The notes: generated from the sequence alone by a model not told the origin. A stretch of DNA of 64,000 nt from Asterias rubens (GCF_902459465.1 NC_047066.1:20584001-20648000); one strand, 5' to 3'. Counted from the stretch's first letter, positions 45,301 through 60,300 are shown. Program-made: numbers and translations.

Positions 45301-48300
45301 ACAGACCTCATAGAGACAATGGCCTCTGTACATGTAGCTTGTTTTTGCCTTGGTGCCCCTTCAAGTTTCTCATAGTCTTAAAGATTTTCCAATGGAGGTG
45401 CCCTTTTTAAAATGGAAATGGCCTTGCCCTTGTAAAGATGAAATTCCAGACCTGACTGTTTAAATCTACTTTGGTGTAAATTTTCATTGTAGCAGGCATA
45501 AATTGTCTGTCAAACACTTTATTCCATCTCATATCCCTACTGTTTAGCTCCCGGGAATCATAAATGTACCGCACCTCATGAAAAAAGTCAACCTTACTTT
45601 TCTGCAGAGGAGGTGTGCGGGGCCCATTGAGTTTTCACTTAGCCCAGGGTGATCAGCGAGGATACTCAGTACCTTCAGAGGACTTCGCTTACACATAGCA
45701 TCTGGGATTAACCTAAAATGCTGCTTTTTGTAACAATTAAAAGGTTTGTGTACTTTTCGTATGACAAAAACACAAACATTCTGATGGTAGAAAGCTTCCC
45801 TTAAAATATTATTTTCATTTTACGCAACTCTCCTGAAAACGTTTTCTTTTTCTCTCTCAAAAACTTGCCGACTAATGAAGCTGAAACATATACAGGTAAA
45901 TTGAAACATCTTCAGTCACGGTGAGTAGGGAATAGGGATTCAAACTTGATCTACAAAAAGCATGCCTGTACATTCGTTTGCTTCGTTTTTGAAATGGCAA
46001 GGGCATCAAGGCATTTCCTCCTTGGTAAAGGGCACCAATGAGGAATTTGTAAAATTCTACTGGAGCATTTCAAGGGCACCACGGCAATGAACAGGGGGCG
46101 TTTGGGAAATCATCTCTGTTGCCTCTGTGAAGTATCAGGCATGGAAAGATACCAAAACCCTTTACAGTTGAGAACAAGAAACTAAGCCAGAGGGTTGGTT
46201 GATACTGAGGGAGATGAGCAAAAAGTTCATGGGGCTGCAGGCGATGTCAGCCCCCCTTGATATTTGCACTGACTTCAGGGTGAGGTAGCGGTAGATCAAA
46301 CCAAGGTACCCACGGGTTGCCTGAAGGCTACAAGCTCCATCCATGGGACTAGATAGGTACATGTGTGTGAAGTGAGAAGTGGGCTGTTGGGAGACGCAGT
46401 CTGAAGGTCTATAAGGGGAGAAAACTCCACAAAGGAGGGGAGAGGAACTTGTGACATTTTGATCGGGGCCGTGGATCATCGAGGGGAAAGTTACATATAT
46501 GAAGAGCTGCAGGCGTTTTTACAAGTTTTTCATGGGCTATGAATGTGTGGAGAAAGTTTTGAAGACACTCAAAACTTTCATGGTTATAGCACTTTTTAAG
46601 TTAACAACTGGCAATGACAGTTTGAGCTCACCTTGGTGCAACAGGAAGATGCATGCATGCCAGTATATTAGTCAGCCAGGAACGCATGTCCTGCATACTC
46701 TGGGCTTCTATCACATACTCAAGGTTGTTCTCTGCCTGGAATTAGAAAAAAATACATCCATTGGTCAATTCAATGTTTCAAAGTCGACATTTTTGATACT
46801 TTAATATTGTTAGGGCAAGGCGATTTGTCCTTTATTAAAAGTACCTCTTACGTGTAGGCCTAGATTTACACAAAAGCCACAGGCCACAGTGGCCATTGCT
46901 TCTGTTGCCATCTGCCCCTCAAAAGCTTTCCATCGACTTAAAGATTTTCCTATGAAACTGCCCTTTGTGAAATGAAAATGGGCTTGCCACCCAAATGGTA
47001 AAATTCATGACTTGAACTCAGCGAGGAAACATTAAATTTCAACAGGAACACCATCAAGGGACACCTAGAATGACCAGGGGCAGTTGACACAGTTGCCTCT
47101 GTATCAGGTGTCTGTTAATTAGTGTCTGTACACAAAGCACAGGTTTTGAGGGCCTCTTTGAACTTATGAATAGAACTTATGAACATTGTCTATTAAATCT
47201 ATGTTCATACACCGTACATGTTTGTTTCCAATTGCAAGTTCAGAGACTGTATAATGAGTGCACGCTTTACAGGGTGTTCCATTAGCAGTAGGGCACACAG
47301 CATTCGTGTACGTGGTATTGTGCATTGTGCACGTGTGCTGTGTGAATGATGAAAGTTTGTCAACCCTTTAAAGTGAGGACCTCCCTTTAGGTCTATTTGT
47401 ACTTAATTCTTGTTTGAAAGCAGTGCCCAGGTTTGAACAAAAATCAACCCAAGGCATCGTGAGTCAGTCACTGAGCTCTCTTTTGTTTAACTCCTTGGTG
47501 CCATTGATGGTAATACACAAATAGGACTGTTTGTCGTCTAATAAGGCAATGGCGACAGTATCTGAAAATGAATAAAGAGGACAACTTAAAGGTTAACAAA
47601 GCTTACAAGTAAGAGTCATAGTTTTTATTTAAGACACACTCATACTTTTAGGGTATAAATGTACATGGATAGGATATACCAGTATGTGTGAAACCAAACA
47701 AATCTGTGAGTTAAATTTACAGTTATTATGTTAGCTCGTGTCGAAACGTGAGGCCATTAAAAATTAGTGCATGCTATACCACCACCACAGGTCATTTTGG
47801 TTGGTAAACAATTTGCAACACCTTCCTTTTTCTCGTCTTTTAATTTGATATTAATGGTACATGCATGTAGTACATGTATACTGTCAACACATTATTCAAT
47901 TAACTGTCAGTGTGTCAGTAATATACTACATGTTGCACCTGCACTTTATTTCTGAATATGCAATTAATTACATAATTGAAGCTGACTGCTGGTCATTTAC
48001 ATTGTGCATCATTCTCATTCACCCATTATGTAAATTGGCTAGTACATGTATGCTCTGGGAGCTATGTAAAATCAGAATATGTAATGAGCATGCAGTATCT
48101 AGGTAACAAAGGATTCTAGAAATTAGAATGGCCATCCGAACAAACACACAACTTTTAATGACAAATGCAATTTGTCAGTTCCACTGGGGTCTCTCTGTCT
48201 CAGCAAGCTCCGCTTAGCTCAACAGACTTGATTAGATCCCTTGTATGTCTAGTTCAAAAGCCACAAGGGAGTTCGTTCTCCTAATGGGATGTTCGGTGAC

Positions 48301-51300
48301 AAACATGGTACAAACAAATTTGTCTGTTCACTTCACTCTGACTTGTATTGCTTTACAGCTAACTGCCACATCTGTCAGTGTGCATTTAGCTAATTGTCAG
48401 GTTGGTCGCAGCGGCAAAGACACTGCACAAAATAGGGTATGTGATCTCTCAGGGAGGTTTACAAACTGTTATATCTGTAGTTTTCAGAAGACTAGAGGCA
48501 GTAGAACTACTATTTCTAAGTATTAGGTCCCACAGTCAAGAGCCAACTTCATAGCACCTTATAAAAGTATTGGATTTAATTACAATGTTTGACATGCATT
48601 GCTGCAAGTTACATGTACATTGTAGTTCAGTGGTTTCAAACAAAACGTCAACATTGATGGAGAGCAGATAGAACCTGTGTATACCTGAAATACAGCAACT
48701 TGTGAACCCCCCCCCCCACCACCACCCCCACTACACATTTAATCCTCGACGCCAAACCCCTCTTATCATTCTAATCTTAAAATATGTCTTTTACAGTAAT
48801 TTTCAATTGAAATAATGACAATCGGTAATGAACATTTTAGTATGTCAGCTTCCAACAATTTGTTTTCATAATAACATAACCAATAGTACACTGTACTTTG
48901 TCTTAAAACTCTGTTTTTCTGCAGGCCAATCTGCTGGCGTCGCATTTCAGCGTTGCTCAACACTTTGAAGTGCTATACTTCATGGCAAAGTGAGAAACCA
49001 ATACTTCAGAAACGGGCCATTGACCAATCATTATACTTCATAATAATATGCACACATGTTATAATGCATTTTTATTATCAGGTTATTTTTAGCAATGTAG
49101 GAATTTTTTCAAGATGTCAAATTATTGGATTTTTTTTTCTGTATGCCAAAACATGTTCAAAGCTGACGCGTTCCTTTTGGCAGAATAGCATGGTTTTCCT
49201 TTTAAAATATATTTAATTTATATTTTGTTTCCTAAGACTACATTGTACTTTCTACAAATAATAAAGAAACTGAATTCCCCTGGGCAATACATGTAATTTG
49301 GTCTCCTTCAACACTGATTGACAATTTACTTAGCTAACAGGGGTATTTCCTTAAAGGCACTGGACACTTGGTAATTAATCAAAATAATTGTTAGCATAAA
49401 GACCGACTTGATAACCAGCAATGGAGAGCTGTTGGTATACAACATTGTGAGAAATGGCTCCCTCTAAAGAAACATAGTTTTTGAGTGAAAGAGGTAATTT
49501 CTCACTAAAATATTAAAAGACTTTTACAGCTGTTAAAGGCCTTTTAATATGCATCTAAAGGCACACCAATTAATTTGTGCAACAAGGGTGTTATTCTTTC
49601 ATAATTGTCTTGCACATTCATTACCAAATGAGTCAACATTTCACAGATTTGTTATTTTATGCATGTTGGGACATCAAACAAGAATGCTGGTGTTTGATAA
49701 CTAAAGGTGTCCAGTGCCTTTAAAACCAATAGGGGACTTCCTGTTTTTGCAGTCCTGTCATTGTAAAATGTAAGTTATTTTAGTAAATGATGAGTGGCTT
49801 TAGAAAGTGGAACCATAATTGCTAAAGTTATTTATATAGTGTTTGACAGGAACTGGGATTGCTGCCTCATTTGAATGTTAAAAGGCAGTTAAATGCGGAA
49901 TGAGACAGTCTTAACTTGAGGTCTCAAAATCAAATTCGTGGAAAATTACTTCTTTCTCGAAAACTGCGTCACTTCAGAGGGAGCCGTTTCTCACTCATGT
50001 CACTATGTTTTATACTATCAACCTCTCCCATTACTCATTACCAAGTAAGGTTTTATGCAAATAATTATTTTGAGTAATTACCAATAGTGTCCACTGCCTT
50101 TAAGAAAGGCTAGTCACATGTAAGAAGAGGGGGAGCGCGTGCCAAGGGGGGGGGGGGGCAAAGTTATCCCAATACCATTGTACTGTACATAAAGTAGCCT
50201 ACATCATATATAGTACACACATGACACATATAAATTGTACATGTTGTGCCTTGAAAATATGATAACCCGCAAATTCTGTCTGCACTTCTGATTGACCCCT
50301 TTATTGCTAATAATTTTGAGAATAGATCCAGGAATGAAAATCCAGGGTACGAATTGAATCCCAGGTACTTTCTCTTCAACAAAGCCACCTGATGAATACA
50401 GAGTAACACAGGGGGGCACATCATGGGATGCTAGACCACAGGGTCTATTCACAGCTAGAGATTGAGTGAAAGAAACCCAGGATACTGATTGCTGTAGAGA
50501 ACAAGGTTGATTGCGGTTATACTACTTTCCCATGGAGTAATATAGGCCTGCAGGTTGAAGCAGACAGCCACGGTCTAACCCATAGAGCTATTTGACTAGA
50601 GCGCTAACTTGCTCTGCGTTTTGAAGCCACCCTGAGCGCAGACATGTTTGATGTGTTGCATGAGTTCGGAACGATTTTAATTTCAAGAGAACACACATTG
50701 CCGCGATTTTTTTCATTCGCCGTGTGGGCTTACGTACGCGACTGTCCACTCGCATACGTCCGCGCTACGAAAACCAGAACTTCAACTTGATTGACGTACT
50801 AAAAAAAGTATAGGCGCCTTTTAAGCATGACACACATTTGCTGCATTTTTGGGTTCCATGACACATAAAAAAGTACAAACGCACTATCATGCAAATAACC
50901 GTACAATTGCCATACAAAATGTTAAGCTTTTGTATTGGTTTGTACATAAACATGGATGCGCCCATACAGCTTCAAAACCTTAGTGTGTGTATAACGGGCT
51001 GTTAGCGCTCTAGTCAATATATAAATAGCTCTATGGTCTAACCACACTATTCTTTAGTCTATTTCTGGGTGGGGCTTACTGACATCACACTTCTTTCTTT
51101 TGAAACAGTTGAATAGTTGAACTCAGAATGAATAAAATATCAAACTAGAGAAAGCAAGTGACGTACATTGTAAATATTATAGTCCGATAACAATACACGT
51201 ACACGTCTACATATACACATGTGGTATTAACTGGTATACAAAAAGTGCAACTTGTTCAATTTTACAAGAAACACAATAAAGGACACTTTGCTGTCTCACT

Positions 51301-54300
51301 TCAGTGGCTTTTCCAAATGTTGGAAATTTCAGTTCCCAAAACCTTCCAAAAGTGTTTCTACATGTGAATGGACTTTATTTGAGTTATTAAGTATCCTGTT
51401 TTCCCACGCACGAAGCTACTTTCCAGTGTAGGCCTGCACTGCAGGTTGACGCAGACAGCCAGGGTCTAACCTTCTGTTCTCTATTCTATTTCTGGGGTGT
51501 CCAGCTGGCAGTGAAAATACTGGCATGACACTTTTTTCTTTTGTAGTTGAATAGTTGAACTCGGATTAAATAAATAATCATACTACTAGATAAAGCAAAT
51601 GACGCAGAGTATAGTCAATTAACAATGTGAGATTTTCAACTCTAAACTAAACCTTCCAGATAAAGCTCAGAAAGTGAAGCGAAAAAGGTATTGTCCTGTA
51701 TTCAATATTCCTACATGTAGTTAAGGACAAGGTCTTATGGATGTTTGCTTGAGACTTGAGCCCTAGGGGTATGTAAAATGCATGTACACAGATCCTTAAA
51801 TATAAATAATACATTTTCAAAGAGTGTCTCCATAATTTGTGAAATACAGAAGAGTTAAAAATAAACTGCATGAGGCAAGAGCTCAAATTAATCAAGCAAA
51901 ATTCCTGCTGCTGATTGAAAATAGTTTCTTGTTTAAAAGAAATGTGAGATGTGAGGCCAAATAAATTTTTGTTATTATAATTTTTTATTTGATTTTTTGT
52001 TCAAGAAAAGATTGACAAACTTTCTGTGCATTTCTCATTTAACTTACAAACCTTTAAGAACAAGTGGTGACTTTAACCTGAAGAATTGGTGGCCATAGTT
52101 TGCTTGGCAGCCACCTCTTAAAATAATTACAAATAATTTGGAAAAACCTGGATGATCAATTGGTTTTTTGTTTTACTTGGCCTTAGTGAAAGGGTAGAAC
52201 TTTACCTTCAAGACAAATGTGTTGTCTTTCTCCGGTAATTCCAGCGCTGTCGTCTCTCTCGCTTCTTCAATCAGAAAGCAGAAAATTCCAATTCTTGGTT
52301 TGCTCGACTGTGTGACAGACAAAAAGAAAAAGATAAGAGATTAGATAAACAATTCGGACTACAATTTAGATAAAAGTATTTGATGAAAAAAACAAAAACA
52401 AACATATTCTAAAGCAAAAAAAAAGGATTGGCCAACCACAACTTTGGCGCTAGTAAGGCTCTGTCAGTTGTTTTGATAAGATGTGCTTTCGATACCAAGC
52501 TTCAAACAGGCAGAGAGAGACTAAGCCGAGGCTAAAACTACATATTGTTTGGAAAAAGGCATAACAATATTATCAAAGGAAAGAAGGAAAGAGACAAAAA
52601 GTCAGCAGAAAAGATGCATGCCTGATACAGGATTTATAATGAAATGACTCAGGCCTGTACAATATGCTTCGCTTTTGAAAGGGGATGGGCATTTTGTCCT
52701 TGGTAAAGGGCACCCAAAGAGGAAAATGTAAATTTCAACTGAAGCATTTCAAGGGCACCAAGGCAATGACCAGGGGGCATGAAAGCAATCGCCTTCGTTG
52801 CCTCCATGAAGTATCAGGCATGCTGACTGTATAAATTTAATTCAATATATGGGTGAAAAAAAGTTTGAATTGGCGGCTACTGCTACGGCTACAGGCTACA
52901 GCTGGATCGCATATCATCATGGGATGGAGTAGGAGAGGTTATATTTATAAGCAACACCCTTTGGAAAGTCTATTCTGTACGTATGTAGCTGTATAGCCAC
53001 TAATTCTGATTCGGCCTTAAGATTGAGTTAAACCAAGATAATGCACTGCTGGCCCTGCAGATAATAAGATTTAAAAAAGAATTTGGTTAAAACTATTTAG
53101 ATGGAGTCATAACTGTTTAGTGCAAATTGCTTTGTTTACATGATCCACCTACACATGTGGTGTGTGTACTAAGCGTAAAACTAAAGTCCCTACAACCAAG
53201 CCCTGTGTCAGGCTGTCATTTTTGTAAAAGTGCCCCTTGAAAATATTTCTATAAACAGAAAGATGCCCTTTACAATGTTTACCAAGAGTTCAATCACAGA
53301 CTTCTTGAAAGCATTCGGTAAATAATAAGATAAACAATCACGAAGAAAAGAAATCTTCCAAGTACACTACAGTGTGGCATCAGTCCCTGGGGTGATCGTA
53401 TCACTCCCACTTGGACGACTGTATAAACCTCCTCCGAAGGAAAAAGAAAGTTACCGCTTTAGTAAACTCCTCTCTCTTAAGTTCCCCAGGCAAGTCATCA
53501 GATACTCGCTTTGACTTTGATAAACAAGTTGTTATTGCGTTTGAGGTGTATCGGGGCATCTGCGGGTGACTTCGTCCAAACCGCTAGCACTGCGTCATCT
53601 CTGTGCCCAAATTAGATATTTATAGCGCTACGTGACCACTTCTACTATCTATGCAGTGCCCTAGGGAGGCATATCAGACGCACAATGCACTGACATTCTG
53701 TAATCTATAGCCACAATGTACCTTTCAATCTGAAACATTTGAATTTAGGTTTGAAGGATGCTGGATTGGTGTCAGTTTACAGTGTTACTGTTGTTGTAGG
53801 TATCATGTAATGCCTGGTATGTTCAGAGTTGGCCCTTTGTACAGATATACAATGTAGACATGGTGTAGACTATACAAAAACAAAGTGTAAATCTCCATGT
53901 ATGTATGCTACTTGTATGCCTATGACCGTATTGAATAACCCCTTTTTTTGCTATGAAAGGCGCCATCTTGTAGGGCAAACCGTAAGCGCGTACATCAATG
54001 AAGCATGCAGCATTCCAAGTTTGATTTCTACGGCCCCCTGCACGCACACACGCACACGCTCACAGACGCCATGTTGTAGGGCAGATATTTGAACGGTGAC
54101 GTCATATTCAATACGGTCTTTGCTATCATATTCTCATTGTATTCCTGTATAATCGCTCTAAAGGCCTATAAGGCAGTTTCCTGTCAACGAACAGAGTGTA
54201 AGGCCTGAAATGTTGAGACTTGAGTCCATCATTCCTTCTAAGAACCACCAAAACACTCACAGGGAATGGAGTTATCCAACAATTTTGCATAGCAAAGTAT

Positions 54301-57300
54301 TTCGACTGAAATAGTTTTGTGCACACTGAATGCAATAATGTTGAGTAATTAGCAAATGATGTTTTTTGAGTAGCAACTGACCCATTTTCGTTGCATTTTT
54401 CTCTGCTCTACAGGTGAAAGGGAAATCGTTCACTGACTCATAATACACAAGGTGTCACGAGAAATTTCTTATGTTCACTGAACTTTAAAATGCAATGTAT
54501 ACAAAAATTCAATTTTCTACGCTACAAGACATGTGAGCTACACAGGAAAATGTCTCTATTTTCAGCACTGTGTGTACTGTCATGACCGTGGGCATTAAGG
54601 CACATGACTTAATCTATTAACTGAGGACATCATTATCAGTTCCATTTCACTTCACCCTTGCTCTATGATTTCACTCAGCATTGCCTTGTGAAATAGAACA
54701 CAGCTTTGTCTTATCTCATTGGTTATCTCCCGCATCCGAGGTACGATCTTCAGTGTTTCAAATTGTTTCCTTAAATAACTAGATCTACATTGTACGTATA
54801 GAAGACGACAGTACAGAAATAAGTCCACAGTGCACAAGCCTAATGGGATTTCCTGAAAACACAATACCAGCTGTACATACAACAGAAATCCATGCACCCA
54901 ATGCAGGACTGTGCTTCGTTTTTGAAAGGGCAATGGCAATATGAGCATTTTCAAAGGGCACCCTACACGTACATGCCCTATGAGGAAATTGTTAATTTCT
55001 ACTATCATTTCAAGGGCAATAAGGCAAGGGCCATGGGGGCATCTAGGCATTATCGCTTTCAATGCCTCCATGAAGTATCAGGCCTGCCAATGCATTGCTC
55101 CGGGAAAAAATGGCACCTTGCCCAGGACTAGGGTTGGGTTTAAAACCAACCAATCTCGGTAGTACGGAACTGTGTTAACTTTTCTCTTGGAAAAAGGAAT
55201 CTCTGGGTCAGTTTTAACTTCTGTAGCAGGCATTTTACATGTACATTGGTTGCTAACTACATGGATCTGTACAATGTTCTTGGTACTGTAGTGAGAAAAG
55301 GGCTTACAGTACAAACTACATAACATGTATTTGGTGACTTCTTCCAATTATTTTTCTTGGATTTTTTAGCAGCGATTACCTTTGCAACCTTTCTATTCAT
55401 ACAAAGTCTGCAGTAGAAAGCCATTAATGGCATATGATTTCAGTCTTGTCATTTTAGGGATTGTCAAGTAAACAAAAAACAGTACGCCCACATGCTGGCC
55501 AAGCAGCAGATCCAACTAATGTAAGTGAATGGTGATTCTTGTCTACAACGTACAAGTCGCTGTGATTTGCTTGTTGACTCGACAAGTTTTTCAGCACCAT
55601 CCATGGTTTCAGTAATGTCAACAAGCATGAGTGGGTGGAATGCAATAAAGTGCATTGAGCGATATTGGGTTCTAAAAATACAAACACTTTTGCATTCAAA
55701 TACGATTTCTGTGCGGATGGAAACTTCTTTCAGGCGCTACGGTGGGGATGGGAGAAATGGGCAACCACATAGACTTTATCGCAGATGCTTCGTACGCACG
55801 CATTAGGCGTGGAATGATGTGCACAGCACTGGATATGCATACTAGTCTAGCTAGCGATCAAGTGTACAAGTGAACACATACTAAAGGTATCTTCTAATTG
55901 GTACCTTAAGTGTATCCTTAATGCTCCATGGTTACGGTATGGGGAATTATGTGTAAAACAAATATTGACTGCTTAATTAGACATGCCATGGTTTAGACTC
56001 AGACTCTAAAGTACTGTTTTTTCCTTCCCCCAACTTTGCCTCTGGAAAATACAGTGTACATTGTAGAACGCTCCGGGATCACTTCGGGAGCCATAGTCTT
56101 AACCATAGCACTCCAAACAGTCAATATTTACATTGTGTGTACTGAAGATACACGTAGCAAATACTGTAGCATCCATTATTCAATATCAGCCTCAGGAAAG
56201 ATTCCTTAATTGGCATTACTGACGACTAATTTATCACTGAAAAGTCCTACATTAGTCTGGAGACTGACATTCTACAAGGTCTCTGTGTATGAAGTATGTA
56301 CCTCGGACTCGAAACCACTCCCACTCCATCTGCTCATGGCCTCATTGGAAAAGGCATATTCCATTAGACTGATCAAATTCAAATCTAATAAATTATTCCT
56401 GCTGTTGTATCATTCATTTTGTAGTATACGGACGCGTTTTTCTTGATGTAATGTTGTTACTTTGCCATGTTTTGTGCTAATCAAATATGCTCTGTGGCCC
56501 TGGGAAAGATGGTCATTTGTCCAGTACATGTACATGATGGATTGTTCGTACATTTGTACAATGAGAAGGTACATTTCAGTGGGTAAAACATTGAAAGGGA
56601 AAAAAACCATTCAGACAAAAATCGTTTGCAAATTAACCTTTGTGCATAAAAGCCCTAATTATCCTGTACACACACATACCCTGTTGTAATGCTTGTAATT
56701 GTGTATTGCGAAATGTATCCGTTTCATATTCACAATTTTAAAACTTAACATGTTGTATGTAAGCAATAGGGATTTGGAAATCCCTTGCATTGTATGCATC
56801 TTGGAATTACATTTTGTACTCCCTGATTCAGCAATAGGGTTTGAAAGCAAGTGTCTATTTTACATAGGTTTGAGAAGCAATGAACAATTCAGCTGGACCA
56901 CTTGAAGAAAAAGTTTTATGTGAATTGGGGTGTTCACAGGTGTTTCTGGTACACTGTATGACCGGCGAAAAGGGAAGAGAATGGTGGGTCCAATTTGATT
57001 GCTCTGCTTACCGTAAGCAAAGAATCATCGTTTACTGAAGCAGATAACGCAAACAGGTTAGCAGAGAATTTTTGCATGCATGCATGCGTACACTCCACGT
57101 CAGTAGACATTCTTTGCTTACTCAAAGCTACGGTACCACAGAAATTTAACTCTTGCACAATAAGCGGAGAATGGTGGTTGTAAGGCCAGATTTCAGCAGT
57201 AAGCAGAGCCATGAAATTGGGCCCTGGAGAGCTGTGTAAGGTTGATGAACCCTGGTCTTCCCCCAGTCCAGGAGGATCCAGGCTGCAACGCATACCAGAC

Positions 57301-60300
57301 TGGACAAGGTCAGTTTTATTCAAGTAAACCTTTCAACTCTACAATAATGTGTAATCACTGATGGTCACTCCATTGAATAGACACTTGTCTAGACAGACAG
57401 GTGTCATAATAACCTTTGTGCTCATCATCCAGGGTCATCTTAAATAATTTCCAGGTCTTTTTAAATAATTCCCAGGTCATTACTACCTGGGAATTAGGTA
57501 CGTCCAGCCTCAACAAATATTAGCTGATGTCAGCTGAAGGTTTCTTGAAAGAAGTTATGAAATTCATTTGTTATGTTGGGTGACTTTTTAAACACGTTGA
57601 AAGTGAAGTGATGTGACCATCACAAACAACAAACCTTTAGGGAAAACTATTTTTAAACTGAAATATTGCACCTTTTTTGTACTTTTAAGTCATAAACTTT
57701 GAACAGTAGGTGGGTGCTAAAAGATGCTTGTGAAAATTGCTTCCACGCTCCTGGTCAAAGCTTTGGTGCGCTTTAAATTGTTCAGAGAGGCAATTGCCTT
57801 GCTTTGGCTCTCTGAACTGTTCAATGAGGCAGTTCCTTCCATCATACCACATGCTTTGGTGTCCTGTGAATTGTTCACAGGGCAATTGCCTCCATGCCCC
57901 TAGCCATAGCTTTGGTGCCCTGTGAGTTGTTTAATAAGGCAGTTCTGTCCATGCGCCTGGGTCAATGCTATGGTGCCCTTAGAATTGTTCAGACAGGCAT
58001 TTGCCTCCATGGCCTGCCCCTGGACAAAGCTTTGATGTTGTTTTCCTTCAAACTGCCAAACCTTTAGTTTTCCCTTACAGGAACAGACATGACTCACTAC
58101 ACACTAAACGCTGAACATGGGTTAACAACATTTATCATTAGTTGTATTGGATATCAGTACATCAGTACGTGTCAACAGTACTTTGTATCATGATATGACT
58201 GGTTGATTTCATTCAGATTGTGACATACCCATTGCTCTGGAAACTCTGCTTTTCTAAGGAATCTGTCGTATTTCCTTTGAAAAGTATCAGTTTGTCCCAA
58301 GAGACTAACATGTCTCAGATGGAGTAGACAGTATGAGGTTGGAAGCCAAGTCAGCTTCACCTACAAGAAGTACTTCAACAAATGTTTTGAATTTTTGTTA
58401 CAGTGATGTGTAGTAGGCCTACAAATAAGGATGGGGAAAGGTTTCAAATCAAAGGAAACTTGTTATCTGGGGTGGATATTGTTAAAAATATCCACCGTTC
58501 TGGTATCGTCCAATTTTCTTTTCTTGTTTAATTGGAAAAAGAGAAAGAATCCAACATTGAATTGGATTCAATAAAACAATGCTTCAAAAGAATGTGTTTA
58601 CATTGTTGATTATTAAAAGTTTACTTACTACTTCCAGGTTTGCTCTAAACTTTTTAGTGACTAGCCAGCAGGACCAGTTAGCTTTTCATTTCACTGGTCC
58701 CTAAGCTTTTTTCGCTTACATTTTGACTGGTCCTTTGGTGTTTTAACTGGCATTAGGCCAGCGGACAATGGTGACCTACAAGTGTACATCAAATGGCTTA
58801 ATGCTTAATTGATTACTCACAAATTTAACCTTTCCTTTTTGTCCTTTCTGAAACCAGCTCTCACAAAGTTGAACCTCTGTGACCTTTTGTACATGTGTCA
58901 CACAATAAAGCAGATAAATGGCTTATTATAATCCTTTCAAGCTACTGGGCATGCAGTGTGGTTTACATGTGGCTGTTTGTGAATGATGTTTACACAAGAC
59001 CAACAATGTAAATATTCTCAGTATGAACTGAAAGGCCCTATGTACACATACAATATTCTTTGCAATCTGGGCAAGGTGAGAATGGTCAAGGCAAATTGAA
59101 AGTGTTGTTGTCACTGACCACAGTGACAGAGGTGCCTTTTTTTAGGGCATTAATTCAGAAAGTACACCATTGAGAAAAAAGTGGGTTGCTTAAGGACTTT
59201 TTGGGCAACGATCCTGTTTAATGCTTTGGTTTTTAAATGGAAGGGGCATCAAGAGGTTTTCTCCTTGATAAAGGGTACGTCTAAAGCTATTTAGGCCTAA
59301 AGACCTACATACATGTACGTCTCTTACACTCCACACAAAATTGTTTAGAAAATGAAATGCCCAACCCGGTGTTAAGGCATTATTATTAACAGGCCACAAT
59401 CCCTTTGAATCCTGCCCTCTGGCAAATTGGATATTAGGCCCTAGATACAAGAAATTGGAAAACAGCTGGGCATTTTTCTCCCCAGACTTGGACATTGGAC
59501 TAATTCTGTCTCTCTGAACTCAACTGGAATTATTGGGACATGTTTATACTGCTGTTATAATGGCATCTGTTGGGTCAGTCCCAACTCTTGTTGGGACAAC
59601 CCCAACTTGGCGTGGATGTTATTTTTAAACACACCCCTCCATCTTCCCCACTGTTCGGAGGATGCTTGAATGATTGTGATTATCACAACTAAACTTGGCC
59701 GTACTGGAGTATGGTTGGGAGAGGTCCAGTATTGCTCCCATGAAGCGGCATGAGAAAGCAAAAACCATAATTTAGACACTTACACATAATGCAGAACATT
59801 ACAATCTGTCTTTCAAGAAGTCATCTCACTTGGCCACTGCATGTACAAATATTTGCAGAGAGCTTTAAATTTCTACTTTTGTGTGGATTTGAATTGCATT
59901 TTTAGATTTACAAGGAAGTGCAAGTGTGTTGAATCCAGTACTCAAAATAATAGTTAAGATGGTAAAAACCTCTTACTTAAATTGTGTGATCAACAGAAAG
60001 TAATAGAATGACTATATGAGGTAACAAATTGTGGTACTATACAATGAATACCATACCAAGCTTTCTTACCCCAACAGCATTCAGGAAGAGGTCTTCAGTG
60101 ACCCATACATAGTTACAGTATTTTATTCTCAACTAGATAAGATACAACTTTAAAAAGCTGATCTTCAACATTTTGTACGTCTTGATTCAACACTTCCCTT
60201 TCAACACAAGTTATATTGACAGTAAACATCAAGACTGACTTGCTGTAAATTAATGTGTAAGCACAAAACAAACCGAGTTTGTTTTGTCTGAAACTTTTTA

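Noticed and set aside
45540-45712. Possible extra SH2B cassette exon (acceptor cattttag, open frame [11 protein letters not shown]...)
   Set aside because: The strong donor gives the wrong phase, the in-phase donor (gttgac) is weak, and the gene closes without it.
46228-46262. ggggctg...cagcccc hairpin resembling part of an echinoderm miRNA
   Set aside because: Seed region absent and stem too short; a common repeat-derived motif.
50164-50492. Acceptor-like site and 82-86-aa ORFs in an SH2B intron
   Set aside because: No homology; flanking PH exons join directly in the conserved manner.
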